From an uncultured archaeon (lineage in GTDB: Archaea > Thermoproteota > Nitrososphaeria > Nitrososphaerales > Gagatemarchaeaceae), in the NCBI GenBank assembly GCA_963799775.1, contig CAWCYD010000002.1:224001-288000 (forward strand): 64,000 nt of DNA, in the 5' to 3' direction. Of this stretch, positions 9,761 through 19,132 are shown in pieces (the stretch's first letter is position 1; each line of letters starts with the position of its first letter). Both the position numbers and the translations under genes were made by a program. Under the pieces are notes generated by a model. The model did not search any database. It was not told the DNA's origin and saw nothing but the letters and a program-made list of their open reading frames with translations.

Positions 9761-11071
9761 TTGGAACATCCTTCTTCCGGCAAGAAAGAGGACTCCGAGA
9801 GTTCAATTGACTCGTTGGGCAGCTTCTACCAAATAATCCCGAGACGCGACTGGCCAGGGTTCGCGACTCCATCACTGAAATCCGACTCGGGAAACAAAAC
9901 AGTGTTGTTTCTGGGTGCTGGGGCATCCGCATGTGAAGTAGTTCCGGTTCAGGGTCGGCTCTTGCACTACGCAGAGAAATATTGCTCTCCCAAGTCGAAA
10001 ATCGGACTCGATCTAGACTGGAAGATTGTCGTCAAATTCCTGCAGCGCTTGGCTCCGGGCGTACCTATTGACCGAAGGCAGCTAGAAGACTGCCTCACCT
10101 TTCTGGACAAGGCTGAAGTCTCGCAGGAGGTGATAGCAGGATTCGGTCGACTTGGCCTCGTCGAGCCGCGCCGCGCGCTCATGAACTGCATTTCACATAC
10201 AATTGCGGCCGCGCAAAGGGGACAGCTCGACCTTGAGGGGCAGGAGCTCGCCTCCCGGCGTCGCCAAACGCCGATGGTAAAATTGGGTAAATTCCTCCGG
10301 AAAGAGGCGAAGACCGTACGTGGCAGGTGGTCCATCGTCTCAACCAACTGGGACACGACCCTCGACTTCGCTCTAGGCGGGAAAGCGTCCTCGGTAATCG
10401 ACTATTGCACTTACACGAATCCATGGGAGCGTTACTACAGAGACCTCGAAGACGAGAGTGACCGTTCCCGAACTCGTGTAAGAGAGGTTCCTTCAATCTG
10501 GAAGCGTCCGCTTGGCCGCCCAACGGTCAAACTTCTGAAATTACATGGCTCACTCAACTGGCTGTGGTGCCCGACCTGCAGCCGTCTGTTCGTGAGTTCG
10601 ACTCACAATATTGGCTTGCGTGGCACGGTCAGGAGCGGCCTAAAGCCGTACCGACGACGATTCTATTGTCCCGAATGTAGAATCATCGCTGGTAGTGATT
10701 ATCGCGCTCCAATCCTGCGTGAGGTCCTGGTGACCCCGACGATGCTGAAGCGCCTCGACATGGTGCATCTGCGAATGATTTGGTACAACGCGCTAGTCGA
10801 GATTGCGGAGGCCAAACGCGTAATCTTCGTCGGATACACCGCACCTTTAGCCGATTTTGAGTTGCGTTACATGCTTGCGAAAGCCTTCTCTGTTCGGCAA
10901 ACTCGGCCAAAGGTGTATGTCATTTCACGAGGCCAGGAAGACCCAGAACAACTGAAGAAACTGCAGGAGCTAAAGGAGAATTACGAGGGGCTCTTAGGTG
11001 ATAGTGTGGAGTCGAGAGGATATGGTGTCGACGGCTTGGTAGACCGTCTCGTAAAGGGCGACGCACTATAG
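9761..11071 (+). CDS. SIR2-like (SIR2_2) domain protein with Zn-binding insert, probable defence NADase
   Basis: TVLFLGAGAS, STNWDTTLD, LLKLHGSLNW, CPTC..CPEC, FVGY; start uncertain. Confidence 0.85.
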   Translation: MEHPSSGKKEDSESSIDSLGSFYQIIPRRDWPGFATPSLKSDSGNKTVLFLGAGASACEVVPVQGRLLHYAEKYCSPKSKIGLDLDWKIVVKFLQRLAPGVPIDRRQLEDCLTFLDKAEVSQEVIAGFGRLGLVEPRRALMNCISHTIAAAQRGQLDLEGQELASRRRQTPMVKLGKFLRKEAKTVRGRWSIVSTNWDTTLDFALGGKASSVIDYCTYTNPWERYYRDLEDESDRSRTRVREVPSIWKRPLGRPTVKLLKLHGSLNWLWCPTCSRLFVSSTHNIGLRGTVRSGLKPYRRRFYCPECRIIAGSDYRAPILREVLVTPTMLKRLDMVHLRMIWYNALVEIAEAKRVIFVGYTAPLADFELRYMLAKAFSVRQTRPKVYVISRGQEDPEQLKKLQELKENYEGLLGDSVESRGYGVDGLVDRLVKGDAL

Positions 11072-11082
11072 CGGTCAGTGAA

Positions 11083-11113
11083 TGGCAACCAGGGTTCAAA
11101 TCCCTGCGACCGC
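11083..11113 (+). other. tRNA 3'-half remnant (att-like site), probably tRNA-Gly type
   Basis: tggcaac-CAGGG-TTCAAAT-CCCTG-CGACCGC = variable loop, T-arm and acceptor strand; no D or anticodon arm upstream. Confidence 0.75.
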
Positions 11114-11268
11114 GTCCGCCTTGATTTGAACACACATATGTAGGCCAACATCCTGCCTTCGACATCTGGCGGGTTGGCGCTTATATTCAAGGCAAGTAAT
11201 CTATTCCGCATGCCCAAACCTACCGAACCGCAGTCGAAGAGCAACGAGGGGATTCGGACTCGAGCGGA

Positions 11269-11309
11269 GGCGGGCCCGACGGGATTCGCTTAATGTTCTA
11301 AGCGAATCC
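11269..11309 (-). repeat. Degenerate copy of tRNA-Lys 3' end overlapping a perfect 11-6-11 inverted repeat
   Basis: 11269-11288 matches 13724-13743 at 19/20; GGATTCGCTTA-atgttc-TAAGCGAATCC at 11282-11309. Confidence 0.7.
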
Positions 11310-11361
11310 AGCCGTGACGTACGGGAGTTAATGCGGAGCCGGACTCGACTCGTGGGGAATT

Positions 11362-11526
11362 CTAGTGAGTCGCCCTTTGTTCCAGCTTTGCAATCCGTCT
11401 TTCAAAGCCTTCGAGCCGCTTGACCACGCTCGTCTCGGTTTCATGGTGGCCATAGACGTGCTCTGTGAGTTCTTTGAAGAGCTCGGCCAGATTTGCCATC
11501 TCCTCCTTTAGTTGTTTGTCTGCCAA
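11362..11526 (-). CDS. Small coiled-coil hypothetical protein (54 aa, not in ORF track)
   Basis: MADKQLKEEMANLAELFKELTEHVYGHHETETSVVKRLEGFERRIAKLEQRATH. Confidence 0.45.
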   Translation of the reverse strand: MADKQLKEEMANLAELFKELTEHVYGHHETETSVVKRLEGFERRIAKLEQRATH

Positions 11527-11956
11527 TCTTATTCCTCACCCCTCATGATTCCGACCCTGCTATAGGTTTGACCTGTGTTGACAGCCCGACGGGCCCCGCG
11601 CCTGAATAGATTCTGAAAGTAGATTCCTCCTTTTTGTCGGGGAGGTGCGCATCGAGCCTCTCGAAGAACGAGTGAGTGCCTGGGGCGAACCCGAGAGCCG
11701 TCATCCTGTGTAGGTTCGGGTGCTCGAGCTGCAGCATCGTCCCCTCACGTTCCCCTTCGAAGCTCCCATCGAATCACCCCATCCTCCCCAGACGGAAGTC
11801 CGGGTCGGGGCTCGACTCTCAACTCATGTTCGAAGACACGCGGAGGGGCCCACTTTAGGATCTTACCCGTGACTGACCCCCGACTTCCTCGGACGAGAGA
11901 CCAGGTCACAAAGGAGGATTCGCCAACTCTATATTCTCCCAGCCCCCCGCCGTGCC

Positions 11957-12556
11957 GTGATGGACTCTCGACCTGAAGGAGGCTCGAGAAGGGCCAGGGC
12001 GTTGGTGGCCGTCGGGCTTTTGGCCCTGGTGCTGATCGTGGCCATAGGTTACGGCGTGTATACCTCCACCCCGGTTCGCACGAGTTCGTCCGTCCTCACC
12101 AGCCCTGTCTTGAGCACGAGCAGTCTTGCGACGGAGGCCACGCTATCTTCGAATGGTTCGGCTTCGCCCTCCGGCTTAACGATAACTTACATGTACGCAG
12201 ACATAGATGACCCAGGCGCGCCTTATCCTTACAGCAACGGCTCATCGATAGCCGATGAGAGCACATTCACAGGAGGTTCAGGACAAGAGATCTCGGTACT
12301 GTTCCAGGTGATCTACCAAGACTGCTCGCTTGGGTGCCCGAACACCGTGACCAGAGTGACCACGCCGACGCCGGGGTTCGAGGTCACTGGAACCTCCCCC
12401 GCGGTCGCAGTTCCCTTCCAGCAGTGTGGAATCTGCACCGATGGCGACTCGTCTATCGTCACCTCGACGGGGGAGGAGATCGCGATTGCGGTGAATGTCA
12501 TGCCTCCCTCGACGCCTTACTCAGGGACCCTGACTCTCGTCGCAGAGACAGGCTAG
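11957..12556 (+). CDS. Membrane-anchored secreted hypothetical protein
   Basis: N-terminal TM helix, S/T linker, beta-rich domain with Cys pairs. Confidence 0.7.
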   Translation: MMDSRPEGGSRRARALVAVGLLALVLIVAIGYGVYTSTPVRTSSSVLTSPVLSTSSLATEATLSSNGSASPSGLTITYMYADIDDPGAPYPYSNGSSIADESTFTGGSGQEISVLFQVIYQDCSLGCPNTVTRVTTPTPGFEVTGTSPAVAVPFQQCGICTDGDSSIVTSTGEEIAIAVNVMPPSTPYSGTLTLVAETG

Positions 12557-13155
12557 ACATGCTGGATCTCGGCCGGCCGTCAGCCTCTTACCCAGGCTGA
12601 GTCGGCGAAGCTCTCGACGCTCCGATAGACGGCGTCGGCGGGTGGGGAGTATGGCCCCTTTCTTATCTGACGAAGCGCACGCCGACCGCTCGCGCGGCCT
12701 TCAGGTCGTTTATCCTGTCACCGACGAAGAGAGAGTCCTTCAGGTCGGCTTGGAGGCTGTCGAGCGCCCGCCATCCCACCCTGTCTGCCGTCTATCACAG
12801 CCTGAGTCATGTACCAACCAGCAAGCTCCGACATCCATGGGGCGAGTCATATCTTGCACACCCAGTTCGCAGCCTGCTCCCGGGAGTTGAACGCACCTGC
12901 TCGTTGATACGATGAGATGAGATCTCGGCTAATTATCAGCGGGCCCCCACGGGATACGATTAAACAATAAGCGACTACTAATCGTACAAGGGAGCTCAGC
13001 TTTGGTTCAAGTTCCTGCGATATCGCACCTAGGGCCATTTCTTTTCCGAGGCGCTGTCTGGTTTTCGTTGGTCTAGGTGCGAGCAGGGATTTCGCTCCGA
13101 AAGACGACTGGACAGAAACTATTAATCACCGAAGTCTTCGATTTTCTCACACACA

Positions 13156-13655
13156 ATGGTCACTCAACCTCCTGCCGCCCCTGCGTCTGACTCGGAAAAA
13201 GCTGCTGAGAAACCGAGGATAGCGAGGAGGACGATAGCAATAATCGCGATAGTTGTTATCGTCGCGGTCGCTGGACTCGGGTCCTCTTGTCAGGCTCTTC
13301 TTCGTCCCTCAGGCAGAGCACGACGGTCTACGTCGACTCCTCGAGCACCTGCAAGGCCTTGACCACCACGTTTTCCTGCACGGTCCTCCTAGACGCCAAC
13401 TCGGGAAGTACGGTGACCGCGTCTATGGTAAAGTCAATGTCGATAAACGGCACAAGTGTTACTCCTACTGTGGGAACGGCGGGCAAGTCAGTCAGTGTTG
13501 CGGCTAGCCTGCCCATTGAAGGGCCGGGCTGCATTTCTGGCTGCCCCCCCCAGGCTGGCATCAACAACACTCCCAAGGAGGGAATCGTGGTCGTCGACCT
13601 CAACGATGGGACAGAGGTATCGGTGACGCTCGGCGCGGGCGGAATCATCAGATGA
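13156..13655 (+). CDS. Membrane-anchored secreted hypothetical protein (frameshift near 13285)
   Basis: TM helix in ORF 13156-13362 continues into beta-rich ORF 13287-13655. Confidence 0.6.
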
Positions 13656-13725
13656 GATCTCGACCAATCTGCCTCTGAGAACACCTATTCAGTTAACTTC
13701 CAAGAATAGTTGAGTGCAAAAAAGG

Positions 13726-13840
13726 CGGGCCCTACGGGATTCGAACCCGCGTCGGGGGTCCGACGACCTGACCCTCGGGTTAAAAGCCCGATGCTCTATC
13801 CTGGCTTCTCTCCCCTTTCAGGGAACTGAGCTAAGGGCCC
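13726..13840 (-). tRNA. tRNA-Lys(UUU) with two non-canonical introns (~21 nt in D-loop, ~19 nt in variable region)
   Basis: GGGCCCT TA GCTC AG[..]CCAGGATA GAGC A TCGGG CTTTTAA CCCGA [..] GCGGG TTCGAAT CCCGT AGGGCCC G. Confidence 0.88.
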
Positions 13841-13975
13841 GCCACTCACGCATCGCATTGAGCCCTATTTTACCGAGAAGAGCATCGGGGCCGGCGAATT
13901 CGGTGACATCTTCGTGAAAAATCCGAGCCCGGAATCGATTTTGTTTTTAAACGTCTGTTTCCGACTCGGCCCAAG

Positions 13976-15554
13976 ATGCCTGTCTGGAAGACCTTCAGGC
14001 ACAACGGGATCGCATTCCCCGACCCCTTCCTTCCCAAGGGTCTCACCGTAAGAGTCTCTGGGGAGCTGGTGAGGCTTTCTCCTATCGCGGAGGAGATGGC
14101 CTACCAATTCGCCAAGAAGAAGGACACGCCTTACGTTCAGGACCCAGTATTCCGTTCCAATTTCATGAAGTATTTCGTAAAGGAGCTTCCGCCTCCGGCG
14201 ACGAAGCAGACGAAGTTCGACGACGTCAACTTCTCTGAGCTCTACAAACTAGTCGATCAGGAGAAGATGCAGAAGGAGACTATGACCAAGGAGGCGAAGA
14301 AGTCCTTGGCCGCTTCTCGAAAGGAGAAGAGGGAAGCTCTTCGCGCGAAATTCGGCAAAGCGCTCCTCGACGGGAAGGAGATTGAGGTCGCCAACTGGAT
14401 GGCCGAGCCCCCCGGCCTATTCATGGGACGAGGGGCGCACCCGTTCAGGGGAAGTTGGAAGCCGCGAATAGGGCCGGCCGACGTGACGCTCAACCTGGAC
14501 AAGGCAGCGCCAGTCCCACCGGGAGGCTACACGGTGGTCAACGACGACGAGTCCATTTGGATCGCACGATGGATCGACAAGCTCACGGAGAAGGAGAAGT
14601 ACGTCTGGCCGCACGAGAGCTCCCACATCCAGCAGTCCCGGAACAAGGACAAGTACGACAAGGCGCTGAAAGTAGGTGCAAAGCTGCCCAAGATCCAAGC
14701 TACCATCCGGCAGAAGCTCGGTGCCAGAGAAGCCACCGACCGGAAGATAGCAACAGTCTGCTACCTCATCGACGAGGTCGGCATGAGGGTCGGCGACGAG
14801 AAGGACGAGGACGAGGCAGACACGGTCGGCGCGACCACCCTCAGGGTGGAGCACGTCAAGAGGCTGGACGAACAGGCGATTGAGTTCGACTTTCTAGGGA
14901 AGGACAGCGTGAGGTGGGTGAAGACGCTCCGCAACCCAGACCCGCAGCTCGTTGCCAACATCAAAAAGTTCACTTCGGGCAAGAAGCCCGACTCGCAGAT
15001 ATTCGACGGAGTGACGTCGAGCATGGTGAACCGCTTCCTCTCAGAGATCGTTGCCGGGGCCAGCGCGAAGGTCTTCATGACATACCACGCGACCCGGACC
15101 GTCCAGGAGGCGCTGAAGGCGAAGGACATGAGGGTGGCAGACGACCTCGACAAGCTCTACTTTGCAAAGGAGGCGAACCTCGCCGCGGCCGTCTTCTGCA
15201 ACCACAAGCGAACACCGCCCAAGACGTGGGAGGAGTCCCTCAAGAAGAAGGAGGAGAAGCTGGCCGAGTACAGGGCCAAGGGGAACGAGGCGAGGATAAG
15301 GAAGATGGAGAGGGACATCGACCTCACGAAGAGGACCAAGGAGTACAACCTGAACACTTCGATGAAGAACTACATCGACCCGATGAACCTTCAGGTCCTG
15401 GTGCGACGAGGTGGGTCTCGACTGGGGCAAGCTCTACTCAAAGTCCCTCCAGAGGAAGTTCTCCTGGGTCGGGCTACCGAAGAAGCAGTCTACGGCAGAG
15501 GAGAGCTTCTCGCCAGCCCCAGAGATGAAGAACCCTAACGCCCAGACCCAATGA
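13976..15554 (+). CDS. DNA topoisomerase IB, eukaryote-like (frameshift near 15384)
   Basis: W.TF.HNGI.FP, EPPGLF.GRG.HP..G.WK, RVGDEKD.DEADTVGATTLRVEH, FDFLGKDS, CNH, TS.KNYIDP; corrected tail W..LYSKSLQRKFSW. Confidence 0.95.
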
Positions 15555-16380
15555 GCCTTCGAGCCAGGCTCAGGTTCTCCGCGTCCTTCCTGCGGTCGTC
15601 GACCGGGACCTCCATGAGTATCGGGAGCCTCGAGACGTTCCCGTAGCGAAGGAACTCCCTCAACCCCTTCTCCCCGATCATCCCCATGCCTAGGTGCTCG
15701 TGCCTGTCGAGGTGGGCGCCGAGCGGGCCTATCGAGTCGTTGAGGTGCACGACCTTGAGCCTGTCCTTCCCGACCAGTTCCTCGAAGAGGCCCATCGTCC
15801 TCTCCACACCGGCCTTGTTCGATATGTCAAACCCGGCGGCAAACACGTGGCATGTGTCAAGGCACACTCCCACCCTTTCCCGTTCCTTTACCGCATCAAG
15901 AATTAGCCTCAGCTCCTCGAAGCGCGACCCGACGCTGTTCGTCTGCCCCGCCATCGTCTCGATGAGAAGGACCGTATCCCCCGAGTCCGCCCTGAGCGCC
16001 TCGTTGATCGCTCCGGCGACGTTCCGCACCCCGGCCATCGTCCCGGCCCCCATGTGAGAGCCGATGTGGGCGACAAGGTAGTCGATCCCGAGGGTCGAGC
16101 AACGGGCTACCTCCGCCGTCAACGACGCCCTGCTCTTCTTCTGGAAGCCCACGTCCGAGGTCGCGAGGTTCGGGAGGTAGGGCATGTGCCCGACCACCTT
16201 CTTGTAGCCGGCCTTCTTCCTCTTGCTAACGAAGAGCTGGGCCTCCTCCTTGACGAGAGGCGCGAACGCCCATCCTCTAGGGTTCCTTGTGAATATCTGG
16301 AAGGTTGTGCAGTCTATCTCGACGGCCCTGTCGACGGAGAGGTCGATGGAGCCTGATATCGAGACATGAAATCCAAGCAT
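15535..16380 (-). CDS. nfo: Endonuclease IV
   Basis: LGFHVSISG, FQIFTRNPR, H.PYL.NLA, ETMAG, CLDTCHVFAAG, HLNDS, DRHEHLG.G. Confidence 0.95.
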   Translation of the reverse strand: MLGFHVSISGSIDLSVDRAVEIDCTTFQIFTRNPRGWAFAPLVKEEAQLFVSKRKKAGYKKVVGHMPYLPNLATSDVGFQKKSRASLTAEVARCSTLGIDYLVAHIGSHMGAGTMAGVRNVAGAINEALRADSGDTVLLIETMAGQTNSVGSRFEELRLILDAVKERERVGVCLDTCHVFAAGFDISNKAGVERTMGLFEELVGKDRLKVVHLNDSIGPLGAHLDRHEHLGMGMIGEKGLREFLRYGNVSRLPILMEVPVDDRRKDAENLSLARRLIGSGR

Positions 16381-16498
16381 GGGCCCTTTTTTCACTCGGG
16401 TCGTCAAAAGAGTAAGGACGTGGGTTTAAGGCTCTTCTCCGTCGGGGGCCCCAAAACCCACAACTGCTTCCGTTTCTATCTTCAGTGGGCAGCTTCGT

Positions 16499-17101
16499 CT
16501 AGCGCTTTCTGGTAGCCCTTGTACTGCCAGTGCCTCTAGGCTTGGCGTGCGTTCTTGAAGATGCTGTCGCGCTCTTCCTTGGCGCTCTGTGGCTCCTCGC
16601 CGCCGGTGAGGCGTGAGACTCCACTGTGGCCGACGTCGCCACGGGCACGAACGCAGCTGTCGCGTCTATCGACGAGATCGCCGCGCTTCCCGAGCTGGCT
16701 GCCGCAACCTCTGCAGTCATCGTAGAGACCGAGCTCGACGAGATCGCGTGGATCCCCTCGGCGGGTGCCTCAACGACTGGTGACTGGGTGGCGGTAACGG
16801 TCACTTCAGACATCGGTGCCGCGTCGCTCTGTGAGATTGTTGCTGATTGTGCTGGGAGGGAGATCGTCTCGATCGACGAAACTCCGGAGAAGGACTGTGA
16901 GGCTCCGATTTGCCTCGGCTTCACTGCGTACAGAACCACTGCGACTCCGACGCCTGTGCCTAAGAGTATGGTCAGCATCTGTTCGAAGACCATTTTGCCT
17001 GTTACACCTGGAATGATATGAGGAAGCCGCATGTCATTTGCTCGGGAGTCAAAGCTATTACACAAGGAAATCAAAATGGAGCACCTCCCGAAAGGGTGCA
17101 A
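16499..17101 (-). CDS. Ser/Ala-rich membrane-anchored hypothetical protein with basic tail
   Basis: Single TM helix, low-complexity linker; real start likely downstream of ORF start. Confidence 0.55.
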   Translation of the reverse strand: MHPFGRCSILISLCNSFDSRANDMRLPHIIPGVTGKMVFEQMLTILLGTGVGVAVVLYAVKPRQIGASQSFSGVSSIETISLPAQSATISQSDAAPMSEVTVTATQSPVVEAPAEGIHAISSSSVSTMTAEVAAASSGSAAISSIDATAAFVPVATSATVESHASPAARSHRAPRKSATASSRTHAKPRGTGSTRATRKR

Positions 17102-17171
17102 ATCTGACCCCGAAGACGGTCGAACTCAAAATTCTTATATCGAACGTGAACGAAATAGAGAATCTCTTAGA

Positions 17172-17562
17172 ATGACGTATCCACTCGACAAACTCTGTTA
17201 TCAGATATTCAAGTACGACCGCCGTGTCAGGTACGCAGGCGTCTTGGACGACACGGGCCGGGTCATCGCCGGAGGCATGAGGAAGGGCATCTCTTCGCTG
17301 GAGCCTGCGAGCGATGGACCTGAGGCTCATGGCCAATCTGACGATCCAGATAGGCACAGACAAGACATGGGACCAGTACTTCGGCAAGATCCAGTACACC
17401 TTCGTGAAGAGGGAGAAGGTGAACATGGTCCTCTTCGGCGTGGGCCCGAACCTGATGTTGATCACCGCGCAGCCTGACTTTGACCTGGAGCAGGTCGCGC
17501 ATCTCAGGGAGACCGTGATAACCATCTGGAGCACGGGGATGCTCCCAGAGAAGCCGCAGTGA
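17172..17562 (+). CDS. Thaumarchaeal roadblock-like (DUF6659-like) protein (frameshift near 17313)
   Basis: IF.YDRRVRYAGVLD..GRVIAGGMRKGI.SLEP; FGKIQYTFVKREKV. Confidence 0.7.
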
Positions 17563-17572
17563 GGATGCCCGG

Positions 17573-17767
17573 CTAGGACATCCCGAGCTCGCGGAAGGGG
17601 GCCTGGGGCACTCCCAGCTCCACCTGGAGCGACCTTGTCCTCTTCGCATACTCCACCAAGTTATCCTTCTCGCCCTTGACCTTGGCCATCTTGTGGGCCC
17701 GCCAGAAGTTCTTCAGCGCGGCCCAAGTCTGTCCCTTCGAGCGGACGACCTCTTGGATTTCGAGAAC
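17573..17767 (-). CDS. Small hypothetical protein
   Basis: SKGQTWAALKNFWRAHK...YAKRTRSLQVELG; start uncertain. Confidence 0.55.
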   Translation of the reverse strand, partial: VLEIQEVVRSKGQTWAALKNFWRAHKMAKVKGEKDNLVEYAKRTRSLQVELGVPQAPFRELGMS

Positions 17768-17793
17768 GGGAAAAGCCCGTGCGGAGCAGTTTT

Positions 17794-18186
17794 CTATAAA
17801 GACTGACGCGGTTCGTCGTTCTTCACTTCGAACGGGAGCGGCTCGCCGTGGACGTTGAAGACCTTCAGGCACGATTCGTCAGTGTAGGGCGCCCCAGCGA
17901 TGACCATTATCTTCCCTGTCACGTGGAGCACGTCCTGGTGCGAGGGATGCGCGTGTCCAGACGGATGCGAATGAGCCACGCCGACGTAGCTCAAGTCCAT
18001 CGGCATCATGTTCCAGCTGAAGCTCGAGAAGCCCGACCCGTGTATAGCGGCCGGGGGGATTACGACGCTCTCGACATCGACCACCCCGCTCCGCGTCCTC
18101 CCCCTGAGAAGGAGTATCCCCTCCCTCGGGTGGAACATCCTCGAGTATGAGAGGACGCTGTCGAGGACAGACCTCCGGATCACCAC
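17794..18186 (-). CDS. Mov34/MPN/JAB-domain metalloprotease
   Basis: HPREGILLLRG; HSHPSG...PS..D JAMM motif; divergent from psmA. Confidence 0.9.
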   Translation of the reverse strand: MVIRRSVLDSVLSYSRMFHPREGILLLRGRTRSGVVDVESVVIPPAAIHGSGFSSFSWNMMPMDLSYVGVAHSHPSGHAHPSHQDVLHVTGKIMVIAGAPYTDESCLKVFNVHGEPLPFEVKNDEPRQSL

Positions 18187-18361
18187 GCTCTTGACTGGGA
18201 TGCGTCATCGCCTCGCGGGCCCGTCTAGTCTGTCCATCTTCGGAGAGAGGATAATGCACTCATAAAAAGCTCTAAGGGCCGCGCAGAGGGCCTCAAAGTC
18301 CAGAAGGGTTTAAAACAACCACAAATCGCTCCTTGCTAGTCAAAGAGGATTAGTTTACACC

Positions 18362-19117
18362 ATGTTCGCACCTTCGGCAGGCTATGACAGGGCCATTACG
18401 ATCTTCTCTCCAGATGGCAGGCTCTACCAGGTGGAGTACGCGCTCGAGACGGTCAGGAGGGGCAGCCTTGCGGTGGGCGTGAGGACCGACGACGGCGTGG
18501 TGCTCGCGGTCGAGGAGAGGGGAAGGAAGCTCCAGAGCGGAGAGTCCGTCGTCAAAATGTTCCAGATCGACGACCACATCGGCGCTGTCGGCGCGGGATA
18601 CATCCCCGACGCGAGGATCCAGGTGGACAACGCGAGGGTCATCGCCCAGAGCAACCGACTGGTCTACGACGAGCCCGTCGACATCGAGACGGTGGCCAAG
18701 AGGATCGCGGACCTCAACCAGCAGTACACGCAGTACGCCGGGGTGAGGCCTTTCGGCGTCAGCTTGATCATCTCCGGCGTCGACGAGAACCGCGGCCCCG
18801 TCGTCTTCCTGACAGACCCCACCGGCGCGTACCTCGGCTTCGACGCTATCGCGATAGGTGCGGGGAGCGACCAGGTCAACGAGTACCTCGAGAAGACCTA
18901 CAACAAAGGGATGTCCCTCGAGCAGGGCATAACACTGGCGATAGAGTGCATCTACCTCGTGAGCGAGGACAAGACGGGCGTCTTCCACATCAAGACGGCG
19001 GTGGTCGACGCAAAGACCAAGAAGATGAGGCGCCTCACCGAGGACGAGATCACAAAGCATGCGGCGAACGCCAAGACTCGCGGCAGCGAGAAGACTCCCA
19101 ACAACAGGGGAGCATAG
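18362..19117 (+). CDS. psmA: Proteasome subunit alpha
   Basis: YDRAITIFSPDGRLYQVEYA; YTQYAGVRPFGVS. Confidence 0.98.
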   Translation: MFAPSAGYDRAITIFSPDGRLYQVEYALETVRRGSLAVGVRTDDGVVLAVEERGRKLQSGESVVKMFQIDDHIGAVGAGYIPDARIQVDNARVIAQSNRLVYDEPVDIETVAKRIADLNQQYTQYAGVRPFGVSLIISGVDENRGPVVFLTDPTGAYLGFDAIAIGAGSDQVNEYLEKTYNKGMSLEQGITLAIECIYLVSEDKTGVFHIKTAVVDAKTKKMRRLTEDEITKHAANAKTRGSEKTPNNRGA

Positions 19118-19132
19118 CCTGATGTAAGGCTC

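Larger units (their letters stand above)
1..11113. mobile_element. Integrated defence island/MGE remnant (left boundary outside window), ending at a tRNA 3'-half att-like site
   Basis: Cluster of Mrr-like nuclease, IS110, RM enzyme and SIR2-like gene; AT-richer segment 4.7-9.7 kb; tRNA T-arm/acceptor fragment at 11083-11113. Confidence 0.65.

Noticed and set aside
11071-11113. Fragment as a functional split-tRNA half
   Set aside because: No clear promoter or leader for trans-splicing is visible, and it abuts island cargo, so an att remnant is the simpler reading
11282-11309. Palindrome as the chromosomal dif site
   Set aside because: Arms read TTA-spacer-TAA, opposite to the dif consensus TAA-spacer-TTA, and one arm coincides with a tRNA T-arm remnant
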